Shown here piece after piece: positions 18,074 to 28,200 of a stretch of DNA of 64,000 bases (its first letter is position 1; every line of letters starts with the position of its first letter). Origin of the DNA: Leptospiraceae bacterium (GTDB lineage: Bacteria > Spirochaetota > Leptospiria > Leptospirales > Leptospiraceae). The stretch spans positions 112,741 through 176,740 of the forward strand of contig JAKRSH010000026.1 of NCBI GenBank assembly GCA_022402465.1, read 5' to 3'. Position numbers and translations under genes: made by a program. The notes under the pieces are model-generated. The model ran no database searches and was not told the DNA's origin. It was given only the letters and a program-made list of their open reading frames with translations.

Positions 18074-20140
18074 ATGTTGAATTCTCTATCTTACACCAAG
18101 CAGTTTTTCCATAGGAATAAATCTGTCTTGGCTCAACTGCTAAAAGCAATTCTAGTTATTTTTTTATTTACAAATAATCTACACTCTGAACCTATAATTC
18201 TTGATTCAATTAGTCGAGAGATTCCTTTAACTTCTCAAACAGAATACATAATTGATGAATCTCATCTATTTACAATAGATTCCATCTTAGAAAATTCAGA
18301 GATATCTTGGCAAGCTAACCCTGGTAAGGTATTAAACTTTGGTCCCAAGAGTTACGCAATATGGACAAGGATTCAATTCACCTTTCCTGCTGAGGCCAAG
18401 GGTCCTTACTTTCTTAAATTTGATTTTCCAACAATAGATCAAATCGATTTTTATGAAATTAGCAACACCAACCAAATCATCCACCATCAGATGTTGGGAG
18501 ATTCTCTTCCTTTTTATTCGAGACCTATACCCAGTCATGTTTTCTTGTATCCATTTACAGCAGAACCGAAAGCATCCAAAACTTTTATTATTCGAGCCCA
18601 TACTACAGCTTCCTTAAGTCTTCCCCTTTTCTTAATGGATTATAAAACTTTATATGAAAATGACACCGTGCTTTATTTAATGTTTGGTTTGTATTTTGGC
18701 TTAATATTAGCAATGATCGTATATAATTTTGTGTTTTATCTTTATACTAAAGATATTTCCAATGCACTCTATATTTTCTATGCATTCTCTTATTTTATAG
18801 TTATATTTGCTGGATTCGGTTTTGGTTTTAGATTTATATATCCTGAATCGATTTTTATAGAACAGAGAATTTTTGTTACAGCAGTTGCTATAAATAGTGC
18901 ACTTTCTTTAGTATTTTCCATACAATTTTTGAAACTAAAATTAACTTACCCCAAGATAACTAAATTTCTTTATTTCTTTGCTTTTATATCTTTAGCTTGG
19001 GCTATTTTATTCAATATTTTATATGATCAAAAGTTCTATACTTTAACAGTATACATTACTGGGATTCCTATCTTTTTTATTTTTGGTCTAGCTGTATTAG
19101 AATGTAGGAGAAGTGTTTTTGCCTTGTATTTTGTGATTGGCTGGGCCGCTTTTCTTTTGTTTTATGCGGTTTCCATTCTCCGCTTAGTTGGATTTTTACC
19201 TACAAACTTCTTAACATATTATGGAATTCAAATCGGATCTGCAATCCAAATGCTCTTATTATCTCTTTCTATAGGTCATAAGACTTATGAAATTCGTAGA
19301 CAGAGTAATGAAATTTTTAAAGAGAATATACATCTTAAAGATAAGGCGAATCAGGAATTAAAAGAACAAGTCAAAGAACAAACAATAGAACTAAATCAAT
19401 ACATAAGTGCAATTGATTCAGATGTTGAAATGGCTAGGAGAATTCAATTGAATACCTTGCCCAAGAATGATTTATGGAAAGAAGAGAAAGTTAAGATTGC
19501 AAGCATCTTTCTTCCAAAGGATAGAGTCAGTGGTGATATTTATGATTACTGCAAATTGGATGAAGATAGATATAGATTTTTTATTGCAGATGCGACTGGG
19601 CATGGTATCCAGGCTGCATTCCTAACGATGAATATTCAAACGGAATACCAAAGAATAAAGACACAATATATGGATGTAGCTCAGATCTTGCGAATGTTAA
19701 ATGACAGTGTCTTTAATACTTTCGGAAATGAAACAATATTATACAGTTGCTGTTTGATTGATATAGATTTATCTCAGAAATATTTGAGTTATAGTTCGGC
19801 AGGTCATCCTACCCAATACCTCTTGCAGGACGGTGAGATACTTGAGTTAAATAGCCTTTCAACTTTGATTGGTTTTAAGAATGATGTAATTATTAAGAGT
19901 AAGAGTATAGAATTGAAAGATACTTTTAAATTACTTCTCTATTCTGATGGTCTTACAGAAGCAAGTAATGGAGATTTGGAAGAATTTGGAGAAAATAGAT
20001 TTAAACAATTGATTCTTGCTAATCAAAATTTAACGTCAACAGAATTGAATATTGAGATTTTTAAATCAGTTACATCTTTTATAAAAGATCATTACTTCGA
20101 AGATGATTATACTTCTTTAATTGTTGATGTTAAGAAATGA
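18074..20140 (+). CDS. 7TM-DISM receptor fused to PP2C/SpoIIE-type serine phosphatase
   Basis: 688-aa ORF. It has a signal peptide plus a periplasmic beta-rich sensor domain and seven TM helices. A coiled-coil linker leads to the SpoIIE/PP2C pattern (..LPKDRVSGDIYDY..FFIADATGHGIQAAFLTM..YSSAGHP..LLLYSDGLTEA..DDYTSLIV). Confidence 0.8.
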   Translation: MLNSLSYTKQFFHRNKSVLAQLLKAILVIFLFTNNLHSEPIILDSISREIPLTSQTEYIIDESHLFTIDSILENSEISWQANPGKVLNFGPKSYAIWTRIQFTFPAEAKGPYFLKFDFPTIDQIDFYEISNTNQIIHHQMLGDSLPFYSRPIPSHVFLYPFTAEPKASKTFIIRAHTTASLSLPLFLMDYKTLYENDTVLYLMFGLYFGLILAMIVYNFVFYLYTKDISNALYIFYAFSYFIVIFAGFGFGFRFIYPESIFIEQRIFVTAVAINSALSLVFSIQFLKLKLTYPKITKFLYFFAFISLAWAILFNILYDQKFYTLTVYITGIPIFFIFGLAVLECRRSVFALYFVIGWAAFLLFYAVSILRLVGFLPTNFLTYYGIQIGSAIQMLLLSLSIGHKTYEIRRQSNEIFKENIHLKDKANQELKEQVKEQTIELNQYISAIDSDVEMARRIQLNTLPKNDLWKEEKVKIASIFLPKDRVSGDIYDYCKLDEDRYRFFIADATGHGIQAAFLTMNIQTEYQRIKTQYMDVAQILRMLNDSVFNTFGNETILYSCCLIDIDLSQKYLSYSSAGHPTQYLLQDGEILELNSLSTLIGFKNDVIIKSKSIELKDTFKLLLYSDGLTEASNGDLEEFGENRFKQLILANQNLTSTELNIEIFKSVTSFIKDHYFEDDYTSLIVDVKK

Positions 20141-20541
20141 TAATTACTAAATTACAAATACGATTCAATGATATGGACCCTATGCAAAGGGTTAATAATG
20201 CCACTTACTCAAGTTATTTGGAATTAGGGAGGCTAGACTTTTGCAATAAATATTTGACTATACGAGAACTATCCGATATTCCTTTTGTTCTCGTTCGAAT
20301 TGAAATGGATATTGTGAAATCTTTACTTCCACTCCATAATGCTGAGGTTCATACTTCGGTTTCTCGAATTGGGACTAGCTCTTGGGAATTCAGCTATGAG
20401 ATCATAGACTCTGACAGTTCAGAGATTTATGTGAAAGCAAAATCAACTCAGGTTTACTTCGATTATAGACTTCAGACTAAGATGAATATTCCTGATGATT
20501 TCAGAAAAAATTTGCAAGCTGAAATGAAAAATTCTTTGTAG
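20137..20541 (+). CDS. hotdog-fold acyl-CoA thioesterase (YbgC/4HBT-like)
   Basis: 134-aa ORF overlapping the previous stop by 4 nt. N-terminal pattern ..IRFNDMDPMQRVNNATYSSYLELGRLDF.. is typical of 4HBT thioesterases. Confidence 0.6.
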   Translation: MIITKLQIRFNDMDPMQRVNNATYSSYLELGRLDFCNKYLTIRELSDIPFVLVRIEMDIVKSLLPLHNAEVHTSVSRIGTSSWEFSYEIIDSDSSEIYVKAKSTQVYFDYRLQTKMNIPDDFRKNLQAEMKNSL

Positions 20542-20573
20542 CTTATTATTAAAACGCAATATTTGGATTAATT

Positions 20574-21002
20574 ATGGAAAATTTCACACCAGTCTCATCC
20601 CTATTGGGGGGCTTACTTATAGGACTATCATCAATCGCATTGCTTCTATTAAGTGGTAGAATTGCAGGCATATCCAGCATTTTGGAAAATGGACTCTTTG
20701 CTTGGAAAGATGTTTCTAACCGCGTCTGGTCTTTATGGTTTTTGGTCGGGCTGTTCTTAGGTGGGGAAATCTTACGAAACTTCCTTCCTGATTCATTCGG
20801 AGGAGTCCATCAGCATAAAATGTGGATGATTGTTCTTGGAGGACTATTAGTAGGATTCGGATCTAGATTGGGTTCAGGTTGTACTAGTGGACACGGAGTC
20901 TGTGGATTGGGCAGACTATCTTCGCGTTCCTTGGTCTCAGTATTACTCTTTATGGGTTCGGCTGGTCTTACTGTTTGGTTAATTAGGACTTTCTCTCTAT
21001 GA
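20574..21002 (+). CDS. YeeE/YedE-family sulfur-compound transport membrane protein (subunit 1)
   Basis: 142-aa ORF with four TM segments and the conserved Cys motif GSGCTSGHGVCG. Confidence 0.7.
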   Translation: MENFTPVSSLLGGLLIGLSSIALLLLSGRIAGISSILENGLFAWKDVSNRVWSLWFLVGLFLGGEILRNFLPDSFGGVHQHKMWMIVLGGLLVGFGSRLGSGCTSGHGVCGLGRLSSRSLVSVLLFMGSAGLTVWLIRTFSL

Positions 21003-21436
21003 TAAAGAATCTTATAATAGTTTTTCTAGGAGTCTTATTTGCAATAGGCTTAGGTGTATCTAAAATGACTAACCCAAGTAAGGTGATTGGTTTTCTGGAT
21101 GTTACAGGGAATTGGGATCCTTCACTTGCATTTGTGATGGCTGGAGCAATGACAGTTTATTTGATTGGTTATAAATTGCTTTTTCCTAAACTATCAAAAC
21201 CCATACTAGCTTTTCGATTTTACCTTCCGACCTTAATCCACATTGACAAAAAATTAATAATAGGATCTCTGCTTTTTGGAATTGGTTGGGGTCTTGCGGG
21301 TTTTTGCCCAGGACCCGGACTTGTCGCCTTAGCCTCTAGTCACCTAGAAGCAATCTACTTTGTCATATCTATGATACTTGGAGTTGCTATTTACCATTGG
21401 CTCAGTGAAGAATACTCCGATATGATGGATGGCTGA
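20999..21436 (+). CDS. YeeE/YedE-family membrane protein (subunit 2)
   Basis: 145-aa ORF with an ATGA overlap onto the previous gene. It has four TM segments and the motif GLAGFCPGPG. Confidence 0.65.
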   Translation: MIKNLIIVFLGVLFAIGLGVSKMTNPSKVIGFLDVTGNWDPSLAFVMAGAMTVYLIGYKLLFPKLSKPILAFRFYLPTLIHIDKKLIIGSLLFGIGWGLAGFCPGPGLVALASSHLEAIYFVISMILGVAIYHWLSEEYSDMMDG

Positions 21437-21524
21437 TTCGGGATGGAGTGGTGAGGAATGGTTCGATCTAGAATTATAGTAATCTGGATCTATATTAGAA
21501 TATGAATATATAGTAAAATAAAAT

Positions 21525-22118
21525 TTATTTTGGCAAAAAATAGCCTAATATACACTCAGGATTTCGAATACAGATTTGTATGTGATTTTTTTCATGGAAG
21601 CCAGCATTGGGATAAATCTCCTTTCCTTCTCGAAAATATCCTCTAACAGAATCAAATGAGATTAATTTTTCTTGTTCTCTCATTGCATGTAGATTTTCAA
21701 TTACAGCACAATCTAAATTTCTTAATAAGATGTCATTTTCATTATCAATTGGTTTGTTAATTGGCATTGGAAATCCAGAATTTTGAATTGTTTCATGAAG
21801 CAATTTGTGACTCAATTTCAAGAATTGAATATTTTCAGAATTGAGAAGATTTAAGCAATTTCTTAAATCTATAACAGCTGCAATCACTGAAGGATTTGAA
21901 ATTTTAATTTTGCTTCTTTTGTTATTGTTTTTGAGATGTATCGCATATTCTAATGCTCTGGAGTAATTCCCTTCCCAAAAATATATTCCGTTTCCAAGCC
22001 AATCATACTTATTTTCGCTTTTCTTTAAGTTGCTCTTTCCCATTACAACATCTTCAGCAATTTTTTTGTCAGTTCCATGGAATCCAAGGACAAGACCTGG
22101 AATGTAGGAATCGATCAT
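21525..22118 (-). CDS. hypothetical protein with PARP/ADP-ribosyltransferase-like H-G-T and G-x-G-I-Y-F motifs (candidate toxin; DUF3990-like pattern)
   Basis: 197-aa ORF. GFHGT lies at H14 (nt 22077-22079). WLGNGIYFWEGNYSRALEY follows at Y46 (nt 21981-21983), 32 residues later. The spacing and wording resemble the H...Y elements of H-Y-E ADP-ribosyltransferases; candidates for the third acidic residue are AVIENL or IRNPECI. The function is inferred from motifs only. Confidence 0.4.
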   Translation of the reverse strand: MIDSYIPGLVLGFHGTDKKIAEDVVMGKSNLKKSENKYDWLGNGIYFWEGNYSRALEYAIHLKNNNKRSKIKISNPSVIAAVIDLRNCLNLLNSENIQFLKLSHKLLHETIQNSGFPMPINKPIDNENDILLRNLDCAVIENLHAMREQEKLISFDSVRGYFREGKEIYPNAGFHEKNHIQICIRNPECILGYFLPK

Positions 22119-22279
22119 TTTTTATAAATAGATTTAAGATTTCCAGAATTTGTATAGATTCCAGTTTTTTTTAAATAATTTTCGCTCGCAGATTTTGAGG
22201 AGGTAACTTTCTTAGAAAATTCCTTAAGTTTCTTGACCTCTTCTTGAATTGTTAGAATTTTTGCTTTTTTCTCTTCCAT
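22115..22279 (-). CDS. small ORF (54 aa) not in the supplied track; candidate antitoxin/partner
   Basis: Hand translation of the minus strand gives ATG at 22279-22277, then MEEKKAKILTIQEEVKKLKEFSKKVTSSKSASENYLKKTGIYTNSGNLKSIYKK, then TGA at 22117-22115. This stop overlaps the ATG (22118-22116) of the 197-aa ORF as ATGA. The ORF is below the 60-aa cut-off of the track. It is Lys/Glu-rich with a probably helical N-terminus. Confidence 0.4.
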   Translation of the reverse strand: MEEKKAKILTIQEEVKKLKEFSKKVTSSKSASENYLKKTGIYTNSGNLKSIYKK

Positions 22280-22501
22280 TTGTATATTTTAATTTATTCT
22301 TGAGATTAAATCAATAAAAATCTATATTATATATAAGTTATTAGTTAAATAAGAATATTGTCCCGCCTGGAAAAATGTCTTAATTTTGGTAAACTCGTAT
22401 TTCAAAACCATTTAACCTATCTTCGCATCCTTCTTAGAAAATACTTATTTTAAAGTAAGAATAATTTTATATTTTTAAAATGCTTGTTTGATTAAATTCT
22501 C

Positions 22502-25258
22502 TTAAACATAAGGCTCGATCCTTTTGTACCGCATCTGAAAAGCATCTTTTCCACCTTCCAAAATGGAACAGATCTCTTCTCGAATTTTTTTATCTTGCAA
22601 ACAACCCTTAGTTTCCAAATTAGTTTGACCATATTTCGATTCTAAGCAGTATACCAATTCAGAATCTCCATTTACGACTATATTAGCGTTATGTGTAACT
22701 ACTATAATTTGTCGCTTTACTTTTGATTCTTTTAATTGTTTTACTATCAATTCGTAAATTAAACGATTATCCAAATCATCTTCTGGTTGATCTAAAATGA
22801 TTGGATCACTTCCATAAGATAAAACGAATGATAATAATGCAGCCGTTTTTTGTCCAGGTGATCCTTGATCTATTGGCTGATATTGCTCTCTTGCATTTTT
22901 ATATTCTATGTTCAATGAGTCTTCAGGAAAGAATAGTTCGAGTTGGTCAATACTTTGTGAAGGAAGTTTTAATATTCGCTCTTTGAATTGCGTATACCCT
23001 CTAACACTTTGAGTAAAGTCCTGTCCAATTAATAGTCCCTTTATTCTTTTTTTTAAATCAATTATATTATCCTCACTAATTCCATTTGAATAAAGATCAT
23101 AAACTAAGCCATCGTCCGAATCAATACTTCCAATAATTTTATCAAAACCAGTTTCCGTATTTAATATTTCTCGGAGTTTAGCTTCAACCCCCTGCTTGTT
23201 TCCAAATGGAATTATTTCTATTTTAACCGATTGATTAGATTGAAACACCTTATCCAGAAACTCTTGTCTTTTTGTTGAAAGATTTTTTCTATGTTCCAAT
23301 AATTCTCTTAAGACGGTTTCAATATCTTGCTCTAATTGACTGCATTCTTTTTTAGTTGATTCTATTTTATGAATTTTTGATTCTAAATCTTGTTTAACTT
23401 GAAAGAGTTTGCCAAATTCTTCTTGTGCATTTGTGGAATTAGCAGATAAATCTTTTAAAGTCTCATCATAATTCTTAATAGAATTATTGAATCTCTGAAT
23501 CCAAATACTTTGTTTTTTATCTCTATTCCATTTCTCTAATGCAACAATCAATGACTTTGCTTGCTCTGATAAAGAGGATTTTATTCTTTCAACTTCAGCA
23601 TTTACTGTCTGAATTAGATTTTTTAAATCTTCATCGGCTTCATCACTGTCAGCAATCGATTCGTTCGGGAGATTAATTAATATTATCTCTTCAGTAATAC
23701 TTGATATCTTGTCGGGAATTTCTGCAAAATTCAATTCCCAGGAATTCAAACGACTATTTTGGTTTTGACGCTTTTGGTATTCTATTAAAATATCTTTAAA
23801 TCCCTTTTCTTCTAGAGTGATTATCTTTTTAGAAATATCTGAAAGTTCTCCTTTCCAATCTACTTCTTTATCGAGAGTTAGTTTTAATTCTCTCAATTTA
23901 TTTTTGTATGAATAAAATTTATTCTCTAGTTCTTCTTTTTTCGATTCCCAATCTCTATATCCAACTTCTTTTTGTTGGCTAATCACATCGATAAGATACT
24001 TAGGATTATCCGCAAAAGAGTAAATCTGCTTCTGACTATAAATACTAATAGGGAATCTTTCTTTTATATTTCCTTCTTCTTTGATCCATTCATTCCCGTC
24101 CCATGACTCAATAGAATTTAAACCAGAGTCTGTATATTCCCAATTGATTTTGTATTGGGTGTTGTTCTTTACATAGACTAGACTAAATTTAGAATCAGCG
24201 GTTAATAAGCCTCTCTGTGATCTATTTTCAGGAATTTCATTGTACTTAATAAATTCAGATTTCAAATTTTCAGGAATTTCATCTTCTCTTCTCATAACTA
24301 AACGAACAAACTCTACGATAGAGGATTTACCTGTTCCTCTTCCGCCAATAAAAGAATTCATCCAAGGATTTAATTTTAATTCTTGCTTTCCAATTCTGCC
24401 TATATATTTGGAATTTTCAATATTTATACTTTCAATATAGTTTAAACTATGTTCGTTAGGATTATTAGGATTTTCATCCGATCTTTTAATCGATAATACC
24501 CCGTCCATTAGAGCAAGTTTCAAACCATCCAGAGAAGGATTACCCATCTTAACCCAGGTAAAACTTTTCCCAGGATAACTCTGATTGCCTGTCCCTGTCG
24601 GATGGTGTGAATCAGAACTAAGAACAAGTGGAAGATTTCTTGTGCCTAATTTACTAAGTAATGGAGAAGTTAAATCAACCACCTCTAATGCTGTAATCGA
24701 ATTATCTAATATTTGATTTAATGAATTTCCAGAAAATTTATCCAATAAACCAGAAGCTTGGTCAATATGTGCTGGTATTGCAATTCCGCCTTTGTCATGG
24801 ATAATCTGAATTACTTCCTTTACTGATTTCGAAGTAACCGCATCACTTTTACCCTTAGTACCGTCATAGCCTGCCAAAGCTAAGACTTCGGTAATCTTAT
24901 CTTTATTCTCATTCAATTTAAAGATTGCTAAAATATGTATTCCACCATTCGCACTTATTTCAACACCAGGAAATAAATACATTTCTCTGAAATCCGCCTC
25001 TTGTTTCTCTGCATTTCTCATTTCTTCAAAGGCTGTATTCAATTGGTCAACCCATTCACCTGAATTATGATCTGTAATTGCAACACAGTCTATTTGAGCT
25101 TTCATAAAGTTCAATAGCCATTCCTTAGGAGTGATATTCATTAACTGTTGTTGATTAGAACCTTTACCATAATCATCCGATGCTGGCGTATGTGTATGAA
25201 AATCAAATTTCCACCATTTGGCTCCAATCCAATTATTAGTTGAGTCCACCCCCATCAC
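22502..25258 (-). CDS. PHP-domain phosphoesterase fused to SMC/OLD-like ABC ATPase (Ppl-like architecture)
   Basis: 918-aa ORF. The PHP motif set is DFHTHT, ITDHN, GVEIS, IPAH and SSDSHH, all within aa 1-260. Walker A GGRGTGKS is at nt 24323-24346, followed by a long Lys/Glu-rich coiled-coil-like insert. Then come the signature-like SPGQK, Walker B IILDQPEDDLD (nt 22769-22801) and VTHN. The track start is GTG at 25258; an ATG at 25255 is the next codon and an equally likely start. Confidence 0.8.
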   Translation of the reverse strand: MMGVDSTNNWIGAKWWKFDFHTHTPASDDYGKGSNQQQLMNITPKEWLLNFMKAQIDCVAITDHNSGEWVDQLNTAFEEMRNAEKQEADFREMYLFPGVEISANGGIHILAIFKLNENKDKITEVLALAGYDGTKGKSDAVTSKSVKEVIQIIHDKGGIAIPAHIDQASGLLDKFSGNSLNQILDNSITALEVVDLTSPLLSKLGTRNLPLVLSSDSHHPTGTGNQSYPGKSFTWVKMGNPSLDGLKLALMDGVLSIKRSDENPNNPNEHSLNYIESINIENSKYIGRIGKQELKLNPWMNSFIGGRGTGKSSIVEFVRLVMRREDEIPENLKSEFIKYNEIPENRSQRGLLTADSKFSLVYVKNNTQYKINWEYTDSGLNSIESWDGNEWIKEEGNIKERFPISIYSQKQIYSFADNPKYLIDVISQQKEVGYRDWESKKEELENKFYSYKNKLRELKLTLDKEVDWKGELSDISKKIITLEEKGFKDILIEYQKRQNQNSRLNSWELNFAEIPDKISSITEEIILINLPNESIADSDEADEDLKNLIQTVNAEVERIKSSLSEQAKSLIVALEKWNRDKKQSIWIQRFNNSIKNYDETLKDLSANSTNAQEEFGKLFQVKQDLESKIHKIESTKKECSQLEQDIETVLRELLEHRKNLSTKRQEFLDKVFQSNQSVKIEIIPFGNKQGVEAKLREILNTETGFDKIIGSIDSDDGLVYDLYSNGISEDNIIDLKKRIKGLLIGQDFTQSVRGYTQFKERILKLPSQSIDQLELFFPEDSLNIEYKNAREQYQPIDQGSPGQKTAALLSFVLSYGSDPIILDQPEDDLDNRLIYELIVKQLKESKVKRQIIVVTHNANIVVNGDSELVYCLESKYGQTNLETKGCLQDKKIREEICSILEGGKDAFQMRYKRIEPYV

Positions 25259-28200
25259 ACACCACCTTCAACAATTTTTATTTCGTCTGAAGAGAGTTCG
25301 TAAAGTTCATAGACTGCGAAATCAATTTTCCTATTTAAAGAATTCATCTCTCGAAGTGTTGTATTCTTAATTGACTCAACTTTTGTGTCGAAGGTTTTCT
25401 GTTTCAATTCCATCACCTTTGATACATAATTTGAAATATCGTCATGATATTTGCGATTATTAACGTTAATTATTTTTATTGGTAATGTACCAAAATATTG
25501 CTTAGTACATGTTATCCAGCCACCTCTGAAAATGTTACTGATTTTACGTAAATTCCAAAACAGTAATTTTGAATTTAAAAGACCTAAAATGTAATAAGGA
25601 GAATAATCTTTATTTTGAATAGTAATCGAAAAGCCTCCACTAGCCATTAAACAATACATTTCTTTGGATTCATCTGGGATTAATGCAAATATACCACTAT
25701 TCGCTAATAGTGGTATAACTATATCTGCTTTTGTATGTAAATTTAAACTTCTAGGAGCGCTGAAAGAATACCAACTCGAGAATTGCTTCCTTTTTTCTAA
25801 TAGTTTTTTATTTTCAAGTAAATATGAATACACATTAGGAAACTCTCTTTTTAGCTCCTTCTCTTGGATTAATTCAAAACCTTTATTATTTATTACATAC
25901 GGAAAAATAATTCTTTCATCGTTTAATGGATTAAAAGAATACCTATTAAAATCTGTAGCATATAAAGGAATCTTTAGCAAAGCAGGCTCAAGATTTATTA
26001 CTTCTCCATTTTTAGTTTCGTATTTATCTTTCGATTTTTTTACAATAAAGACACTATCATTTCCTGATGAGCTTCCTCTCGAAATTGCACAAGGTAATTC
26101 TAATAGCTTTAAAGTATTTTGTGAAAGTTTTTTTAGTATTAATTTTTCCTCAGTAGTTGAAAAAACCCAAGTATTATTTTCGAGCAATGAACTATGATCA
26201 AAAATTTGTTCATCATTTCCACTATTCTTGATTGAATTTGGAGGTGAGCAAACTCTATAAGTAAAACCCGATGTATTCATTTTTGACAAAAACAATAAGC
26301 AGGTATAAGTACTAGGTCCATCAAAAACTTGTTCATGTTTAAAATCAATTATTTGAGATAAATGACTACCTTTGATTATTAATGATCGCAGCGCCTCTCC
26401 GTAGTCCGTCGTAAAAAATTTGCTTGGTAAGATAAAACCAAATAATCCTCTATTATTGAGTAAAACTTTCAATGCTTGTTCGACAAAAAGTATATAAATA
26501 TCGTAGTTACCAATTTTACCTGTTTCATATGTACTATTGTAATAGAGAACTGTTTCAGGTGAAATTTCTTTTAAAGCTTGAATGCGAATGTAAGGAGGAT
26601 TTCCAATTATACAATCAAATCCGTTTTCTTTTTCTGATTCGTTGTTTCTTGGATTCAAAATATTAGAAAACTCATACCTCCAATCAAAGGCATTTATTTT
26701 TGATTTTTCTTTATCTGAAATACTAAATAATTTAATGTCTTCATATATATCCGTTCCCACCAAACTATTCCCACATTTAATATTCCCTTCTAATGTTGGT
26801 AATATGGTAGTATGAAACAAAGTTCTCTCATTATAGACTTCATAATGGTTGGTATTTTCCAATGCCTTGAGAGACAAGCTCATCTTAGTTACTTCGACTG
26901 CTTGTGCGTCTATATCCACGCCATAGATGCAGGACTTAAGAATATCTCTTTTTATTTTGGATGTTAGGCGGATTTGTCCATCGGAATCCATATAAACCAG
27001 TTTTCTTTCTTCTTTTGATATTCCTTTGAGTTCGGAAGACTGGGAGTCATTATCAGTATCGAATTTGATTTTTGATTCATAGTAAGATATAGTCCATTGG
27101 ATTAAATGATCGTAAGCAGTGATGAGAAAAGACCCAGATCCACAGGCTGGGTCACAGATTTTGATTTCTAAGAGGTCTTCAAGTTTCTTACACTCCTTTA
27201 ACTTTTCACCGACAGTCTTTTCAACTATATAATCAACAATATAGTCAGGTGTATAATATACTCCTCCAGCCTTTCGAATCTCGGGCTTATAATCAATGCT
27301 AGCTCTTTTGTCGGTTGTTACTACAACTTTGCCCAAGAACTGTTCATAGATAGTTCCGAGAATTTCAATAGGAATTACTTTGAAGTTGTAACGAGAATTT
27401 TCAGGAAGTAAATCCTTTAGGATTTCTAAGAGTATTTTATTGCTTACCTTGACCTCATCCAATTCCGATCGTTTGGTAAAAATGCTTCCGTTATATGTTT
27501 TGTCCAAGGAATCAAAAACATCTCTACATTCATCATAGATAATTCCTTCTTCTTTATCTTTTATAGAAGATATCTTAATGACAAGATTTTTGATGATATC
27601 TTCTTCAATGTCTCGGTCAGAGAGAACTTTTATGAAGATGAAACGATCGAGAATTAATTGTACCGCTTGAGTGATGAATTCAGCTGAAAAATCAGGTTGG
27701 TATTTTTTTATATCTTTAGCTAATTTAATCCTCCAACCGTCTTTCTCATCATCCAAATCTTTAAGGAAAGCCTTATCAGGAGGGATGCGATTCTCTTTGA
27801 TTTTCTTCTCATTGATATAGAGAGATTGTAAGCTGCCATTTCTTACATTTTCTCTTTCAAAATATTCCCAGAGCTTATCAAAATTTTGAATGTAATCTTG
27901 GAATTTCCAATCTATTACGCAATAATTATTTAGAGTTTGGTGGTTCTTAACAGGAAATGTGCAATCAAAAAATCTAAACTCCTCAAAATCTGTAAGTAGG
28001 GCAAAGTCTACTTTTTGATATTTAGCCTTACTTTGAGTGGAATAGGAATAGCTATAGGCTTGCCAAATAAAATCAGTCTTCTTTTGAAGATCATATTTTG
28101 AATGCTTAGCCTCAATATAGAATAAGGGATTTTTATCTAATTGCAGTAGATAGTCAGGTTCTTTTCCATTTTTAGCTTGGGCTTGTACGATAAATTCTCT

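Noticed and set aside
20574-21436. The YeeE/YedE pair looked like a single gene split by a frameshift (pseudogene).
   Set aside because: The junction is a clean ATGA overlap. Each half has its own conserved Cys motif (GCTSG; FCPGPG) and four TM helices, which is the common two-gene arrangement of this family.
25664-26197. 177-aa plus-strand ORF inside the type IIG gene. Similar antisense ORFs occur at 43009-43455, 54536-54910, 36320-36664, 10530-10847 and 6535-6828.
   Set aside because: Each is fully embedded antisense to a long ORF with strong family motifs. Their translations are low-complexity (Ser/Leu/Phe-rich) with no motifs. These are typical shadow ORFs of AT-rich genomes.
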